Assembly (NCBI GenBank): GCA_963662405.2
Contig: CAXXKT010000001.1
Coordinates: 192,001 to 256,000, forward strand
DNA length: 64,000 nt
Origin: Syntrophales bacterium
GTDB taxonomy: Bacteria > Desulfobacterota > Syntrophia > Syntrophales > UBA2210
Reading direction: 5' to 3'
Positions 1-10,524 of the stretch are shown one piece after another (positions within the stretch are counted from its first letter, which is position 1; the number at the start of each line of letters is the position of its first letter). Both the position numbers and the translations under genes were made by a program. Below the pieces are notes generated by a model, which was not told the DNA's origin, did no database searches, and worked only from the letters and a program-made list of their open reading frames with translations.

Positions 1-1148
1 TCGTCAGCCGCGAGGATATCAAAAGACCGCTGGTATAGGGAGAGGAGGTTCTCCCCCGCCGTGGCCGAAGCGGGCCCTACATCGACGGGATGCCCGCCCA
101 ATGAAGGATCAAGTCCGGCAAGAGATTCCCGACTGGTTTTACTCAGCCTCCCGAGTGTGAGTCCCTAGACCGCTGCCGTGTCGATACACTGAATCCCGAT
201 GGATCCTGAGAAAGTAATGATCCCGAGGCGGTTCCCCCGCGGCAAGGGATAACGGAGGAAGGGGGTCGCGCAGTCCCGGAGGTCTTCATATTCCTCGACC
301 CGGATGATTCCCGACTGGTTGAACAGACCCCGGTACAGATTTTCGTTCCCCGCCAGGGATCCCGTATGCGACGCCATTGCTACGGCCGCCTCCGGGGTCA
401 CCCCCGGTTTGAGGCAGAGGATCGGCTTTTTCAGCGAGATCCGCCGGGCCGTTTCCTTCAGTTTCCGCGGGCGCCGTGAATGTTCGATATACAGAGAGAT
501 AACGGCGGTTTTTTCATCCCCTTCCAGATATTCCAGGCAATCCGCCTCATCAATGTCACTCATATTCCCCAAATCGATTACCTTGTTAATACCGGGACGA
601 TACTCGTTCCATGCCATGGCCTGCGGTCCGTACATCCCGGTCTGGGTAATAATGGAAAGTCCTCCCGTCCCGTTGTATTCGTACCCTCTGTCATAGGGAA
701 CGGTACTGATCACGTCTGCCGCGTTGAAAATGCCGACTGTATTCGGACCGATGATGCGCATGCCATAGGATGCAGCGATGGAAACGATCCTTTTCTCGCG
801 CTCGGCCCCTTCCGGGCCGACCTCGGCAAAACCGTCCGAGACGACGATGACAGATCGTATCCCCCGGCTCCCACACTGATGGAGTATATCGGGAACGCTC
901 CGGTAGGAAGTCACGATCACCGCCAGCTCCGGTGTCGTATCAATATCCTCCAGGGTCCGATACACCTTTTTCCCGTAGACCGTATTCGCTGACGGGTGTA
1001 TCGGATAGAGGGCACCGTGATACCCCCCCTTCAGGAGGTCCTTGATAATGACGGCCGCCCCGAAAAATCCGTTCTCACGCATGCTCCCGAAAACTGCGAT
1101 GCTCCGGGGATTAAGAAAAGCAGTAAGAAAATGTTCCCGATCCATCCT
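1..1148 (-). CDS. NDP-forming acyl-CoA synthetase (CoA-binding domain protein); in-frame TAG at 165-167, reading frame continues past the window edge
   Basis: FLNPRSIAVFG, IIGPNTVG and ASHTGSLAG motifs. After the TAG the same frame reads GLTLGRLSKTSRESLAGLDPSLGGHPVDVG, matching the paralog at 19081 (GLSLPEL...NPVDLG). Start approximate (MDREHF). Confidence 0.8.
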
Positions 1149-1277
1149 GTCTGATTCCCTCCCTTTGTTCTTCGCTGCCGGCGCCGTTGCGGCACGATGG
1201 AACAGCACGTACGCATAGTAGATAGTTCATACCGGAAGGTCAAGGATGGATATAGGACCGGCTTACGGTACGCCGTC

Positions 1278-1997
1278 TCACTTCGCTATGACGGCTGAAG
1301 CTTCCGGATCAAAGGGGTTCATCCGGGCAGCCAGCGAAAAGAGGTGGGGATAACTCTCTTTCAGATGTCTCATATAGTCCGCCCATTGGACAATCAAGGC
1401 GGAATAGGCCCGCTTGATATCGACTTCGATATGCCGGCGATCCGCCTCCGTCATATGTTCAACGTCTTCCCGGTACAGCAGTTCCTCGGCCAGGTGAAAG
1501 ATCGCCCACAGGAGATCTGAAAAGCGGTCATGTTCCAGGAGGTTCGCGTTCTGGATCAGGATGAGCAGAAAAGGTCGCTTGTCCAGAAAAAAATCCTGGA
1601 GCGCCTTCAGATCACCCCTTCGTACATCGATATGGGATTGATGCCCATCCCCCGTAACCAGCCAATCGTCCAGACAGGCAGGCCCCTTCTGAATCTGATC
1701 CGTATTTTTATCAAAGCGTATAAAGATTCTAAGCAATTCGGTCCCGATCTCACTGAAAAAGGCACCGATGACCATGTTCAGTTTGTATAGTTTCGCCTTC
1801 CGGTCCCGATAATCGAGCAGTTCGTGAATAATCATGGTGACGATCAGGACCTCGATAAAGACAAAGGCAATATCCCCCACGAGAAAGATGAAGAGATGGT
1901 GGGGATCCCTGAACATCAGGAAGTGAGCGATATAAAAGAGTGTAGAGAGAAACAGGAGCGCCATGCCCCAGAGTATCTTCCAACGATCAAGCTTCAT
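1278..1997 (-). CDS. Hypothetical membrane protein (two N-terminal TM helices)
   Basis: ORF track; hydrophobic N-terminus; overlaps the upstream gene end. Confidence 0.75.
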   Translation of the reverse strand: MKLDRWKILWGMALLFLSTLFYIAHFLMFRDPHHLFIFLVGDIAFVFIEVLIVTMIIHELLDYRDRKAKLYKLNMVIGAFFSEIGTELLRIFIRFDKNTDQIQKGPACLDDWLVTGDGHQSHIDVRRGDLKALQDFFLDKRPFLLILIQNANLLEHDRFSDLLWAIFHLAEELLYREDVEHMTEADRRHIEVDIKRAYSALIVQWADYMRHLKESYPHLFSLAARMNPFDPEASAVIAK

Positions 1998-2814
1998 TGG
2001 TTATCCTTTCTTGTGTGTCCCGCAGTATGTGCACATCACCCGGAAATGCAATGCCGGCGTTTTTCCAGATCCCCGGCCGCGTCAGGATGAAATCGTACCT
2101 GACCGGGTCATGGGGGACCATTTCCCTGAATGCGTCAGTGATCTCCAGTACCGTCTTTATATCCCCCTGCCGTCGCCTCGTCAAACCCAACCCGAGGCAG
2201 ACCCGGTGCATATGCGTATCGAGGGGAACAACCAGCGCGGACGGGGGTATGGTATCCCAGCCGCCGGGGTCGATCCCGTCTCGACGGACCATCCAGCGCA
2301 GAAAGAGGTGCAGTCTTTTGCAGGCACTGCCCCGCGCGGGAGAAGGGAGCAGACTGTTTCGTCGAGTGCCATACCCCGCACTCAACTCCTCGGTAAACCG
2401 GCATAATGCCGGCATGATCGGTTCCTCTCCCTCGCCGAAGGAACGGACAAACAAGGTATTGAGCGAACCGTACCGGCGAAGGACATTGCGGGCGCCCAGA
2501 AGCATCCCCACCATCTCTTCGCCGGTCGTGAAACGGTGTCTGAAACGTAAGAATGTGCTGTTCAGAGATCCCGGGGAGGCATCACGGACAAATCGTGCCG
2601 GAGACATCCCCATCGGTTCGAGGACCGCCTCAACACTTTTCTTGATCTGACCGACCCTCCCGTATGCAAGAGACGACGCGATAAGGCCGACGATCTCCCG
2701 ATCGGCGGGATTTTCGTATCGATAGAGAAATTCGACGGGGTCGGGAGTGACAAACTCGCGTCGGTTGTATGTCCGGTACAGTTGTTCGAGTTGTTCGGGT
2801 GTCGCGCCGTTCAC
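1987..2814 (-). CDS. TIGR02757/DUF2400 family protein
   Basis: DPVEFLYRY, SACKRLHLFLRWMVR, PLDTH and DPVRYDF motifs; likely GTG start at 2814 with GAGGG RBS. Confidence 0.85.
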   Translation of the reverse strand: MNGATPEQLEQLYRTYNRREFVTPDPVEFLYRYENPADREIVGLIASSLAYGRVGQIKKSVEAVLEPMGMSPARFVRDASPGSLNSTFLRFRHRFTTGEEMVGMLLGARNVLRRYGSLNTLFVRSFGEGEEPIMPALCRFTEELSAGYGTRRNSLLPSPARGSACKRLHLFLRWMVRRDGIDPGGWDTIPPSALVVPLDTHMHRVCLGLGLTRRRQGDIKTVLEITDAFREMVPHDPVRYDFILTRPGIWKNAGIAFPGDVHILRDTQERITNEA

Positions 2815-2840
2815 TGCACCCTCATATTTCTTTGCATGAC

Positions 2841-3515
2841 CTATTTCCCCCCGGTTATCCGCCGGTACCAGCGCGCATGCCGCCGCTTCGCGTACTCTCG
2901 GTCCACCCTCCCGGTAAAGATCCCGGGGAGAAGCGGCCAGTTGGTCTTGAAGATAAAGGCACCGAGGTGCGCGGCGATCCCGATAATGACAAGCGCGGTC
3001 CCAAAGTTGTGGAGGAGCGTGATCCAAAAGGCAAACCCCTCCGAGTAATTGATGGACGGCAGGTTCTTCAGGACCTTCAGGACACCCGTGACGATGACCA
3101 GCAGCAGTGAAAGGCCGATGAAGGCATATGCCAGACGCTGTTCGGCAAGATATTTGTCATTCTCCGGCTCCTCGCCGAAACCGAAGGTCGCGAGGATGAT
3201 CCGCACCGATTCCCGCAGGTCTCCCCGGCGCGGGAGCATATCGAATTCCCGGCGTATCCCATGAAAAACCACGTGATACGCAACCGCCCCCATCAGGAGG
3301 ACAGCCGCCCAGTAGTGGATCACCAGTGTCACCGTAAAATCGGATGTCCAGGACAGACCGGGAACCAGATCAAGCATGTACCGCTTGTAGAGGGGCATCT
3401 GCCCGAACCCGCTGAAGATAAGGGCAAAGGTCGACAGGGCGACCACCCAGTGCACCAGCAAGACCGACAGTCCGTGACGGGTCATTTTATTTTTCGTGTC
3501 CGGCATCACCGCCAC
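2841..3515 (-). CDS. Cytochrome b subunit (formate dehydrogenase gamma / hydrogenase cytochrome b-like)
   Basis: Four TM segments with His ligands (VHW, IHY, LHN, AHL); KYLAEQR motif. Confidence 0.8.
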   Translation of the reverse strand: MAVMPDTKNKMTRHGLSVLLVHWVVALSTFALIFSGFGQMPLYKRYMLDLVPGLSWTSDFTVTLVIHYWAAVLLMGAVAYHVVFHGIRREFDMLPRRGDLRESVRIILATFGFGEEPENDKYLAEQRLAYAFIGLSLLLVIVTGVLKVLKNLPSINYSEGFAFWITLLHNFGTALVIIGIAAHLGAFIFKTNWPLLPGIFTGRVDREYAKRRHARWYRRITGGK

Positions 3516-4506
3516 CCCCCTTCATGGTCTTATAGGCGGCCCCCACCGCGGCGGCGACCCCCGCCACCGGCGCCACCAACATCCCCCAGGCAACCCCGTT
3601 GGCCGTCTCGGTCATGTTTCGGGCACCGACCGGCATCCCGGGGTAACCGGGCAGGCCCGGCCGGGGCTGCGCCGCCTTCTGTTTCACCAATGCCTCATGG
3701 ATCTTCTCAAAGGGGACCGGGGACACATAAAAGGTCGATGTCCCGCCGTTTTCCCGTTCTCCGTAGAGGTACCCGCCGATCTCCTCCGCCTGCTTCCGGG
3801 CGAGAGCGCGCATCTCTTGCTTGTTCCCGAAGGATATGGCGCCGCGGGGGCATGCGTCGACACAGGCGGGCCGCTTCCCCGCCCTGACCCGATCAGAGCA
3901 GAGGTCGCACTTGTACATCACGCCGCCTCCTGCAAGGGTCGGGGCGATCTTCAGATATATCCCCACTCCCGACTGACGGGCGGGGACCCCCCAGGGGCAG
4001 ACCGTCCGGCACTTGGCTCCCCCGAAGCAGAGATCGTGGTCGATAAGAACCGGTCCCTCCGGCATCTTGTGGAGGACACTGAAGGGACAGAGATCGGCAC
4101 AGGGGGGATTGTCACAGTGCATACACCGCCGCTGGATATAGAGGGTATGATCCTTCCCCTCATGCTCCACGTTCACCTCCTGGACAAAGGTCCAGTTGTA
4201 CGGGGTCAGCCGGTCGGTCATCCCCCGCTTCTTTGACCAGTCCTCCCGCTTCTTCTGCGGCCAGAAATAGGGTATATCCTCCACCGGTTCGGGGAACCGG
4301 CTCTCGTTCTTGTCGCGGCAGGCGCTGACACAGGCGGGGAGAGACCGAGAGGTGCACCCGTCACACCGCGTCAGATCAATCACCGTCCCGACCTCTGCGG
4401 CTCCGGAAGCCTCCGCATACCTTCCCAGGCCGGTCAGGGCAACGCCCCCCGCAACACCCGAGGCGACGGAGCGCTTCAGGAACTCCCTCCGTGAAACATC
4501 GGACAT
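3487..4506 (-). CDS. Tat-exported 4Fe-4S dicluster protein (FdnH/HybA-like)
   Basis: SRREFLK twin-arginine signal; CMHCDNPPCADLCP, CFGGAKCRTVCP and KCDLC...CVDACP motifs; C-terminal TM anchor. Confidence 0.85.
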   Translation of the reverse strand: MSDVSRREFLKRSVASGVAGGVALTGLGRYAEASGAAEVGTVIDLTRCDGCTSRSLPACVSACRDKNESRFPEPVEDIPYFWPQKKREDWSKKRGMTDRLTPYNWTFVQEVNVEHEGKDHTLYIQRRCMHCDNPPCADLCPFSVLHKMPEGPVLIDHDLCFGGAKCRTVCPWGVPARQSGVGIYLKIAPTLAGGGVMYKCDLCSDRVRAGKRPACVDACPRGAISFGNKQEMRALARKQAEEIGGYLYGERENGGTSTFYVSPVPFEKIHEALVKQKAAQPRPGLPGYPGMPVGARNMTETANGVAWGMLVAPVAGVAAAVGAAYKTMKGGGGDAGHEK

Positions 4507-4643
4507 ATCCGCAACCCTCCTTTTCGTACCGGAAATACCAGACTGTCCGGCAACACCACCCGTCTCCCGATAGGAACAGGCATGCTCCCGATCATGAAAG
4601 AACAGGTCACTGCTGATTATGTTCTCAACAAGAGAAAGGCCTG

Positions 4644-4985
4644 CTACCGGTACGCGTTTATCTTATCCAGCAACAGCTGCTCCGGCATGGCCCCGATGAT
4701 ATCCCCCACCTTCTGTCCGTCCTTGAAGACCAGCATATCGGGGATGGAACGGATCCCGAACCGCGCCGCCGTCTGATTATTGCCGTCCACATCGAGTTTG
4801 GCAAAGACGATATCTCCCTGGTAATCCTTCGCCAGTTTATCAAGGACCGGTCCCATCATCTTGCAGGGACCACACCACTCCGCCCAGCAATCGACAACCA
4901 GGAACGGGTATTTCGCTACGGCCTCATCAATGGTACTATCGGTCACCACAACCGGACTATCGGGTTTCTCTACGAATGCTCCCAT
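4644..4985 (-). CDS. trxA: Thioredoxin
   Basis: WCGPC active site, 113 aa. Confidence 0.95.
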   Translation of the reverse strand: MGAFVEKPDSPVVVTDSTIDEAVAKYPFLVVDCWAEWCGPCKMMGPVLDKLAKDYQGDIVFAKLDVDGNNQTAARFGIRSIPDMLVFKDGQKVGDIIGAMPEQLLLDKINAYR

Positions 4986-5050
4986 GTACTCTCCTCCTCT
5001 ATGTTTTCTCTTTCATCCAACCGACACCGAAGCACCGGGCTCGGCGAGCC

Positions 5051-5362
5051 TTATCGTTGATCCTCTTCGGCACCCTGTTTCTCATCATCCAGCACGGTCA
5101 GAACGTCCCGTATCAATCGCGGATTTGTGAGGTAATAACACCGCAAGTTCCCGTCCTTGCGACAGGCGACAATCCCCTGTTTCTTAAGGACCGTCAGGTG
5201 CTGCGAGACATTGGCCTGGCTCGCTCCCACACAGTTCTCCACCGCACCCACACACCGTTCGCCCTCAGCCAGCTCCCGCACAATCCTGAGCCTGGTGGGA
5301 TGCCCCAATGTCTTGAAAAAATCAGCTGTCTTCCTGCAATCCACGGGTTGTCCATTCGACAT
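5051..5362 (-). CDS. ArsR/SmtB family transcriptional regulator
   Basis: FKTLGHPTRLRI...SQANVSQHL wHTH signature. Confidence 0.9.
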   Translation of the reverse strand: MSNGQPVDCRKTADFFKTLGHPTRLRIVRELAEGERCVGAVENCVGASQANVSQHLTVLKKQGIVACRKDGNLRCYYLTNPRLIRDVLTVLDDEKQGAEEDQR

Positions 5363-5447
5363 ATAACAATTATCGAATATTCTTTTTCGCTAATATAGTA
5401 TCCCCTTCCCGGTTGTCAAGGGGTCGACCTCATCTCGTCGAAGTTTT

Positions 5448-6044
5448 TTATTTCCCCAGCTTTTCGAGCTCCCGTACGATCGACTCAAGGAACGGTCGCT
5501 TGTTGATGTCGTTCACATCGATGTATCGAATAATACCTGTCTTATCGATAATGATAATCGCCCGTTCCGCCGTCCCGTCGGAGCGGAGCACCCCGAAGGT
5601 ATCGGCCACCTTTCCGTGGGGCCAGAAATCGGAGAGAACCGGGAACCAGAGTTTTCCCATCTGATTGGTCCAGGCGAAGAGGGTCGGGATATTGTCCACG
5701 GTAATCCCAAGGAGAACGGCATCGTACTCTTCAAAGAGGTCCTGGAGGATGGCATACCCCGGCCATTGATCGGAGCAGACGGGGGTCCATGCCGCGGGCA
5801 CGAAGGAGATCACCACATGCCTCTTCCCCCGATACTGCGAGAGGGTGACCTCCTCGCCCGAGACGGCGGAGAGGGTGAAATCGGGGGCCGGATCTCCTAC
5901 TTTGACCCGCAGGACGCTGTCGACGGGTTTGAGTGTTCCGGTCTGATAGATGTTATTTTTAAAGGCCTCCGACAGACCGTATGCGCCCGTCGCACCCGAC
6001 ACGATCACTACCAACGACAATACCAGCATTCTGTATATCTTCAC
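5448..6044 (-). CDS. Peroxiredoxin (AhpC/TSA, AhpE-like) with signal peptide
   Basis: GDPAPDFTL, PAAWTPVC and LSDFWPHG motifs; likely GTG start at 6044. Confidence 0.85.
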   Translation of the reverse strand: MKIYRMLVLSLVVIVSGATGAYGLSEAFKNNIYQTGTLKPVDSVLRVKVGDPAPDFTLSAVSGEEVTLSQYRGKRHVVISFVPAAWTPVCSDQWPGYAILQDLFEEYDAVLLGITVDNIPTLFAWTNQMGKLWFPVLSDFWPHGKVADTFGVLRSDGTAERAIIIIDKTGIIRYIDVNDINKRPFLESIVRELEKLGK

Positions 6045-6057
6045 GAGACCACCCCCT

Positions 6058-6621
6058 CTATTGCAGTCCGGACAGGCGGAGGATCTCTTCCAGAAATGCA
6101 CCGGCATCCTCGAATCCTCCGAGCTTGGAATAAAAGATCGTTGGAGCGCCCTTTTTCATCCTCACTCCGATGAAGAAGGGCGTCCTCACCTCCCCCAGCG
6201 CGACATGGACCGAAAAGTCCCTGTCGGGGACCAGGGGAAAGGGGACCCGGTACTTTTCCCTGAAGACCTTCAGTTCATAGGGTGAATTTCCCGCCCCGAT
6301 CCCTAGGAGCTTGATCCTTCCCTTCAGCTTCGGGTTCTCCTCTATCAACCGGTACAGTTCGTTGACGACAGGGGCCTCCTTCTGACAAAAGGGACAGTAC
6401 ATGCTCATTACCTCGAGGATGATCACCTCGCCCTTCACCTGTGGCAACTCGAAGAAGTCCCCACCCGACAGGCCGAGATATGCCCGATCTCCCCGCTCCG
6501 CCGGAACGGCGAGTTTGAGAGCGGTGAGGGTATCTCCGGCAGCCGGCGGCTGTGCCGCCGAGGCGTTCAGGGGGAAGAAAACGCCAAGCAGCATGACCGC
6601 ATATTGAAATACCTTCTTCAT
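6058..6621 (-). CDS. TlpA-like redoxin, exported
   Basis: Signal peptide; CPFC motif; RTP cis-Pro loop. Confidence 0.8.
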   Translation of the reverse strand: MKKVFQYAVMLLGVFFPLNASAAQPPAAGDTLTALKLAVPAERGDRAYLGLSGGDFFELPQVKGEVIILEVMSMYCPFCQKEAPVVNELYRLIEENPKLKGRIKLLGIGAGNSPYELKVFREKYRVPFPLVPDRDFSVHVALGEVRTPFFIGVRMKKGAPTIFYSKLGGFEDAGAFLEEILRLSGLQ

Positions 6622-6666
6622 CGTGACCTCCCTTTTCTCAAACAATACTCATATTTTCACAATCCA

Positions 6667-7185
6667 TCACGCCCCATCGAGACCGGGGGACTCCGTCCGC
6701 CGGTACCAGGAGACGGGATCGGTCAGGAACTCCTCGGTATCTTTCAGGGAGAGATAGTGCTCCCGCTCCATGGAGCTGAGGAGATCGAAGAAGGCCCGCT
6801 CCTTCTCGTCGGAGGTACCATCCCTCAGATCGGCGTAGTGCCGGATCCCCTTCGCCTCAAAATCGATGGCGATCCTGATCGCCTTCAGATCATCATCGTC
6901 ACCGGGGGGGAGCGCATCGCCCTTTCCCACCACCCGGGCAAAGAGGTCCCGTGCCTCGCTCGTACCGACGGTAAGGGCCACCGTATCCGGCCACTTCTCC
7001 TCTTTTTTCCACCTCTCGTGAAGCTCCCTCAAGCGCTCGTAGTGTTCCAGCTCATCATCAGCGATCTGTTCGAACATCGCCTTCCCCAGGGGGTTTTCCG
7101 TCCTCCCGGCCTGTTCCAGATAAAAGGCCCGCTCCCGCTGCTCGTTCTCCAGGGCGACCTTCAAGGCATCCACCTGTTGGTTCAT
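6667..7185 (-). CDS. Ferritin-like/rubrerythrin family di-iron protein
   Basis: Repeated E..FY and E..H motifs. Confidence 0.85.
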   Translation of the reverse strand: MNQQVDALKVALENEQRERAFYLEQAGRTENPLGKAMFEQIADDELEHYERLRELHERWKKEEKWPDTVALTVGTSEARDLFARVVGKGDALPPGDDDDLKAIRIAIDFEAKGIRHYADLRDGTSDEKERAFFDLLSSMEREHYLSLKDTEEFLTDPVSWYRRTESPGLDGA

Positions 7186-7201
7186 GACATACTCCTTTCA
7201 T

Positions 7202-8218
7202 TCAATCCTTTACATAGAGATTCCCATCCACCTTCCCGCCGAAGAGGCGGTAGACCCACCCCTGATAGAGGGCAATGATCGGGACAAAGACCAGGACCAC
7301 CCCAAGCATAATCTTCAGGGTCATGGGGCTGGCCGCGGCGGTATGCGCCGTGAGGCCGGAGGCGCTATCCAGACTGGAGGGGAGCATCAGGGGGTAGAGC
7401 CCCACCACCCCGAAGGCGACCACACCGATGATGGACACGCAGGAGGCCCACCACGCCGCGGACCATGCACCCTTTGCGATCCGGAACCGGATCAGCGCCA
7501 TCCCCCCCACGGCAAGCAGGGGGATCACCAAGAGGACCGGCCGGTCCAGATACCGGACAAAGAGGTCGGTCCGGAGGGCGGAGAGGGCCAGAAAGACCGC
7601 CGCCGCCAAGAAAGTGAAGGTCCAGAGCCATGCCGCTGCGCTTCCCGCGCGTCCCTGGAGGGAACCGTTCGCCTTGACGGCAAGCCAGAGGGAACCGTGG
7701 AGGAGAAACATGCCGAGAAAGAAGAGGCCGCCCACGAGGGCGTAGGGATTCAAGAATGTCATGAAGGTTCCCTGATAGACCCCAGAGCCGTCAATAGGAA
7801 TACCGCGAAAGATATTCGCGAAGAGGACCCCGAAAAGAAACGCGGCCAGGAGGCTGCCGATAGCCAGCGCCCCCCGCCACAGGGACCGCCCCCTCTCCCC
7901 TTTCGTCTCCCCCCCCAGTTCGACGGAGACCGCCCGGAGGATCAGGGCGAAGAGGATAAGCATCAGGACGGAGTAGAAGGAACTGAACAGGACCGCGTAG
8001 AGGGCGGGGAAGGCGGCAAAGGTGACGCCGCCGGCCGCGACGAGCCAGACCTCGTTTGCATCCCAGAAAGGCCCCATGGCGAGGTAGATATCCCTCCGGT
8101 CACCTTCATTTCTCGCCAGGATCGGCTGGAGGGCACCGAGCCCCAGATCGAACCCGTCCAGGACGAAATAGACGGCCCAGAGGAGTCCCCATATGCCGAA
8201 CCACACCGTCTCGAGCAT
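7202..8218 (-). CDS. cydB: Cytochrome bd oxidase subunit II
   Basis: LDGFDLG and PFWDANEVWL motifs; start MLETVWF at 8218. Confidence 0.95.
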   Translation of the reverse strand: MLETVWFGIWGLLWAVYFVLDGFDLGLGALQPILARNEGDRRDIYLAMGPFWDANEVWLVAAGGVTFAAFPALYAVLFSSFYSVLMLILFALILRAVSVELGGETKGERGRSLWRGALAIGSLLAAFLFGVLFANIFRGIPIDGSGVYQGTFMTFLNPYALVGGLFFLGMFLLHGSLWLAVKANGSLQGRAGSAAAWLWTFTFLAAAVFLALSALRTDLFVRYLDRPVLLVIPLLAVGGMALIRFRIAKGAWSAAWWASCVSIIGVVAFGVVGLYPLMLPSSLDSASGLTAHTAAASPMTLKIMLGVVLVFVPIIALYQGWVYRLFGGKVDGNLYVKD

Positions 8219-8220
8219 CG

Positions 8221-9531
8221 TTATGCCTCCCCTTTCTCCTCTGCGGGCCACCGGCGCGCATACCTGATCATCGTGACGAGGGCGGCCAGGGCAACCAGGG
8301 AATAGATGACGACAAAGGCCACGAGGCTGACGGCAATCTGGTAAGGCGCCACGGGCGAGGCCGCGTCCGCCGTCTTCATCAGGCCGTATACGATCCACGG
8401 CTGCCGCCCCATCTCGGTCACCGTCCACCCCGCCGCACAGACGACATAGGGGAGGGGAATGGACCAGATGAGGGTCCTCAGAAACCACGGGCTCCGGTTC
8501 AGGCGGTTACGCCGGAGCCACCCGTAGAGCATCAGCAGGACAAAGAGCCCCCCGAAGATCACCATGATACGGAAGGCATAAAAGACGACCGCCACCGGGG
8601 GAAGCTCGTCCGCGGGGAGATCGTTGAGACCGATCACCTCCGCGGCGGGATTGTGGTGCGCCAGGAGGATCATCACCCCGGGGATGGGAAAAAGCTCGAT
8701 CAGGTTTCCGCTGTTGTCCAACCGCGGGATCGCCACCAGATAGAGGGGGGCATAGGTCTGCGTCTCCCAGAGCGCCTCAAGGGCCGCCAGTTTCGCGGGC
8801 TGTTTCTCCGCCAGATCGGCCCCGTGCATATGCCCCTCCGCCACCACGAAGAGGGCGCACGCCAGGGAGAGATAGAGCGCCGGTCGAAACGACTTGGCGA
8901 ACAGGTCCCGCCCCTTCAGGATGTGGTAGGCACTGACCCCCATTACGACAAAACCGGAGAGGAGATAGGCCGCCCCCACCGTATGGAGAACGGTGAGAAC
9001 GGCGTATTCCTGTGTCACCACGCCGAGAAAATCGGTGATCTCAGCCCGTCCCCCCCGGATGGCGTACCCGACGGGGTGCTGCATCCACGAGTTGGCGATG
9101 AGGATCCAGAGCGCCGAGAGGGTCGAGGCGCCGGCAATGATCCACATGACCGCCGCGTGCATTCCGGCCGACAGCCGTTTCCACCCGAAGACCCAGACGG
9201 CCAGGAAGGTCGACTCCAGGAAGAAGGCGGCCGCGACCTCGATGGCCAGGAGGGGGCCGAAGACATCCCCCACATATGCCGAATACCGTGACCAGTTCGT
9301 CCCGAACTGGAACTCCAAGGGGAGCCCCGTAACCACGCCGATGACGAAATTGACGACGAAGAGTCTCCCCCAGAACCGTGCCATGGCGAGGTAGTCCTCG
9401 TCCCCCGTCTTGACGTACCGGGTCTCGATGATGGCGATAATAAGGGACAGACCCAGGGTCAAGGGGACAAACAGAAAATGGAAGTAGGTGGTCACGGCAA
9501 ACTGCACCCGCGAGAGCAACACGGCATCCAT
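8221..9531 (-). CDS. cydA: Cytochrome bd oxidase subunit I (short Q-loop)
   Basis: HFLFVPLT, EFQFGTNW, QPAKLAALE and EMGRQPW motifs. Confidence 0.97.
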   Translation of the reverse strand: MDAVLLSRVQFAVTTYFHFLFVPLTLGLSLIIAIIETRYVKTGDEDYLAMARFWGRLFVVNFVIGVVTGLPLEFQFGTNWSRYSAYVGDVFGPLLAIEVAAAFFLESTFLAVWVFGWKRLSAGMHAAVMWIIAGASTLSALWILIANSWMQHPVGYAIRGGRAEITDFLGVVTQEYAVLTVLHTVGAAYLLSGFVVMGVSAYHILKGRDLFAKSFRPALYLSLACALFVVAEGHMHGADLAEKQPAKLAALEALWETQTYAPLYLVAIPRLDNSGNLIELFPIPGVMILLAHHNPAAEVIGLNDLPADELPPVAVVFYAFRIMVIFGGLFVLLMLYGWLRRNRLNRSPWFLRTLIWSIPLPYVVCAAGWTVTEMGRQPWIVYGLMKTADAASPVAPYQIAVSLVAFVVIYSLVALAALVTMIRYARRWPAEEKGEA

Positions 9532-9638
9532 AGCTTCAATCCCCTCCCTTCCCGATCAAGGCCCTGAACGCTGGGGCGGCGGTATCCGTTACCGCCGCCC
9601 CGCGGGATATTCTTTTCGCCGCTTTCCTGAGGCGAGTG

Positions 9639-10022
9639 TCAGTCTTTTTTCCACAGACCGTGGATATTACAGTATTCCCGGGCCGTAATCCGGTCGGCAT
9701 CGATACAGAACTCCGCCTCGGGGACATCACCCGGTTTGAGAAACCGTTTGTACACCCTCCCATCGGCGGTGGCCTCGATCCACTCGATATAGTGCTTCTC
9801 CTCCATCGGGTGCGGGGCCTCTCCGATGGTGACCTTGAAGCCGTTCGCCGTCTTCTCTATGACGGGGACATGCTTCTCCAGGGCCGCGTCGACCGCCCCT
9901 TCCTTGAACAGCTTCATCGGCTTTCCGCAGCAGACCAGCTCACCCTTCCCGCCGTGTATCACCTCGACGATGTTTCCGCACATCTCACACTTGTATATCT
10001 GATGTATCTCCGGCATGTTCAT
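9639..10022 (-). CDS. dfx: Desulfoferrodoxin (superoxide reductase)
   Basis: YKCEMCGN...[18 protein letters not shown] and CNIHGLW motifs. Confidence 0.97.
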   Translation of the reverse strand: MNMPEIHQIYKCEMCGNIVEVIHGGKGELVCCGKPMKLFKEGAVDAALEKHVPVIEKTANGFKVTIGEAPHPMEEKHYIEWIEATADGRVYKRFLKPGDVPEAEFCIDADRITAREYCNIHGLWKKD

Positions 10023-10030
10023 TCCTCCTT

Positions 10031-10510
10031 CTATGAATATTCTTCCCGCATCTTCGAGAGGATCTGAAAGTGCTTCCTCTCTTCGTTGATGATCCCGTCT
10101 ATGATTGGATGTTGACCTGCGGCTATAAACCCCTTCACCTCCTGATAGTAGAGGATGGAATCCACCTCGCGGTCGATCGCAAAATCGATCGCGGAGAGGG
10201 TATCGGTAATCCTTGCCAGCTCGGCGTCCATGACCTCTTTCTTGAAGATGAGCCTGTTGTCGGCATACCGATGAAGGTAAACGCCATACTCCCCCGGATA
10301 ACTCTCCGGCGGGGCAACGGTCCCTACACCGGCAAGCATCTTCTGAAAGAGGGCCTTGTGCTGGTCCTCCGCGTCGGCAAGCCAGCCGAACATCTCCTTT
10401 GCCTTTTCTTCCTTCGCCAGTTGCACCGCATACCGATAAAATGTCGCCCCATTCTCCTCGATCCTCATGGCAATCTTAAGGATATCGCCCGCCTCGAACT
10501 GACTTCCCAT
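10031..10510 (-). CDS. Ferritin-like/rubrerythrin family protein
   Basis: IEENG..FY, E..H and EE..H di-iron motifs. Confidence 0.85.
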   Translation of the reverse strand: MGSQFEAGDILKIAMRIEENGATFYRYAVQLAKEEKAKEMFGWLADAEDQHKALFQKMLAGVGTVAPPESYPGEYGVYLHRYADNRLIFKKEVMDAELARITDTLSAIDFAIDREVDSILYYQEVKGFIAAGQHPIIDGIINEERKHFQILSKMREEYS

Positions 10511-10524
10511 AGCATCCTCCTCTG

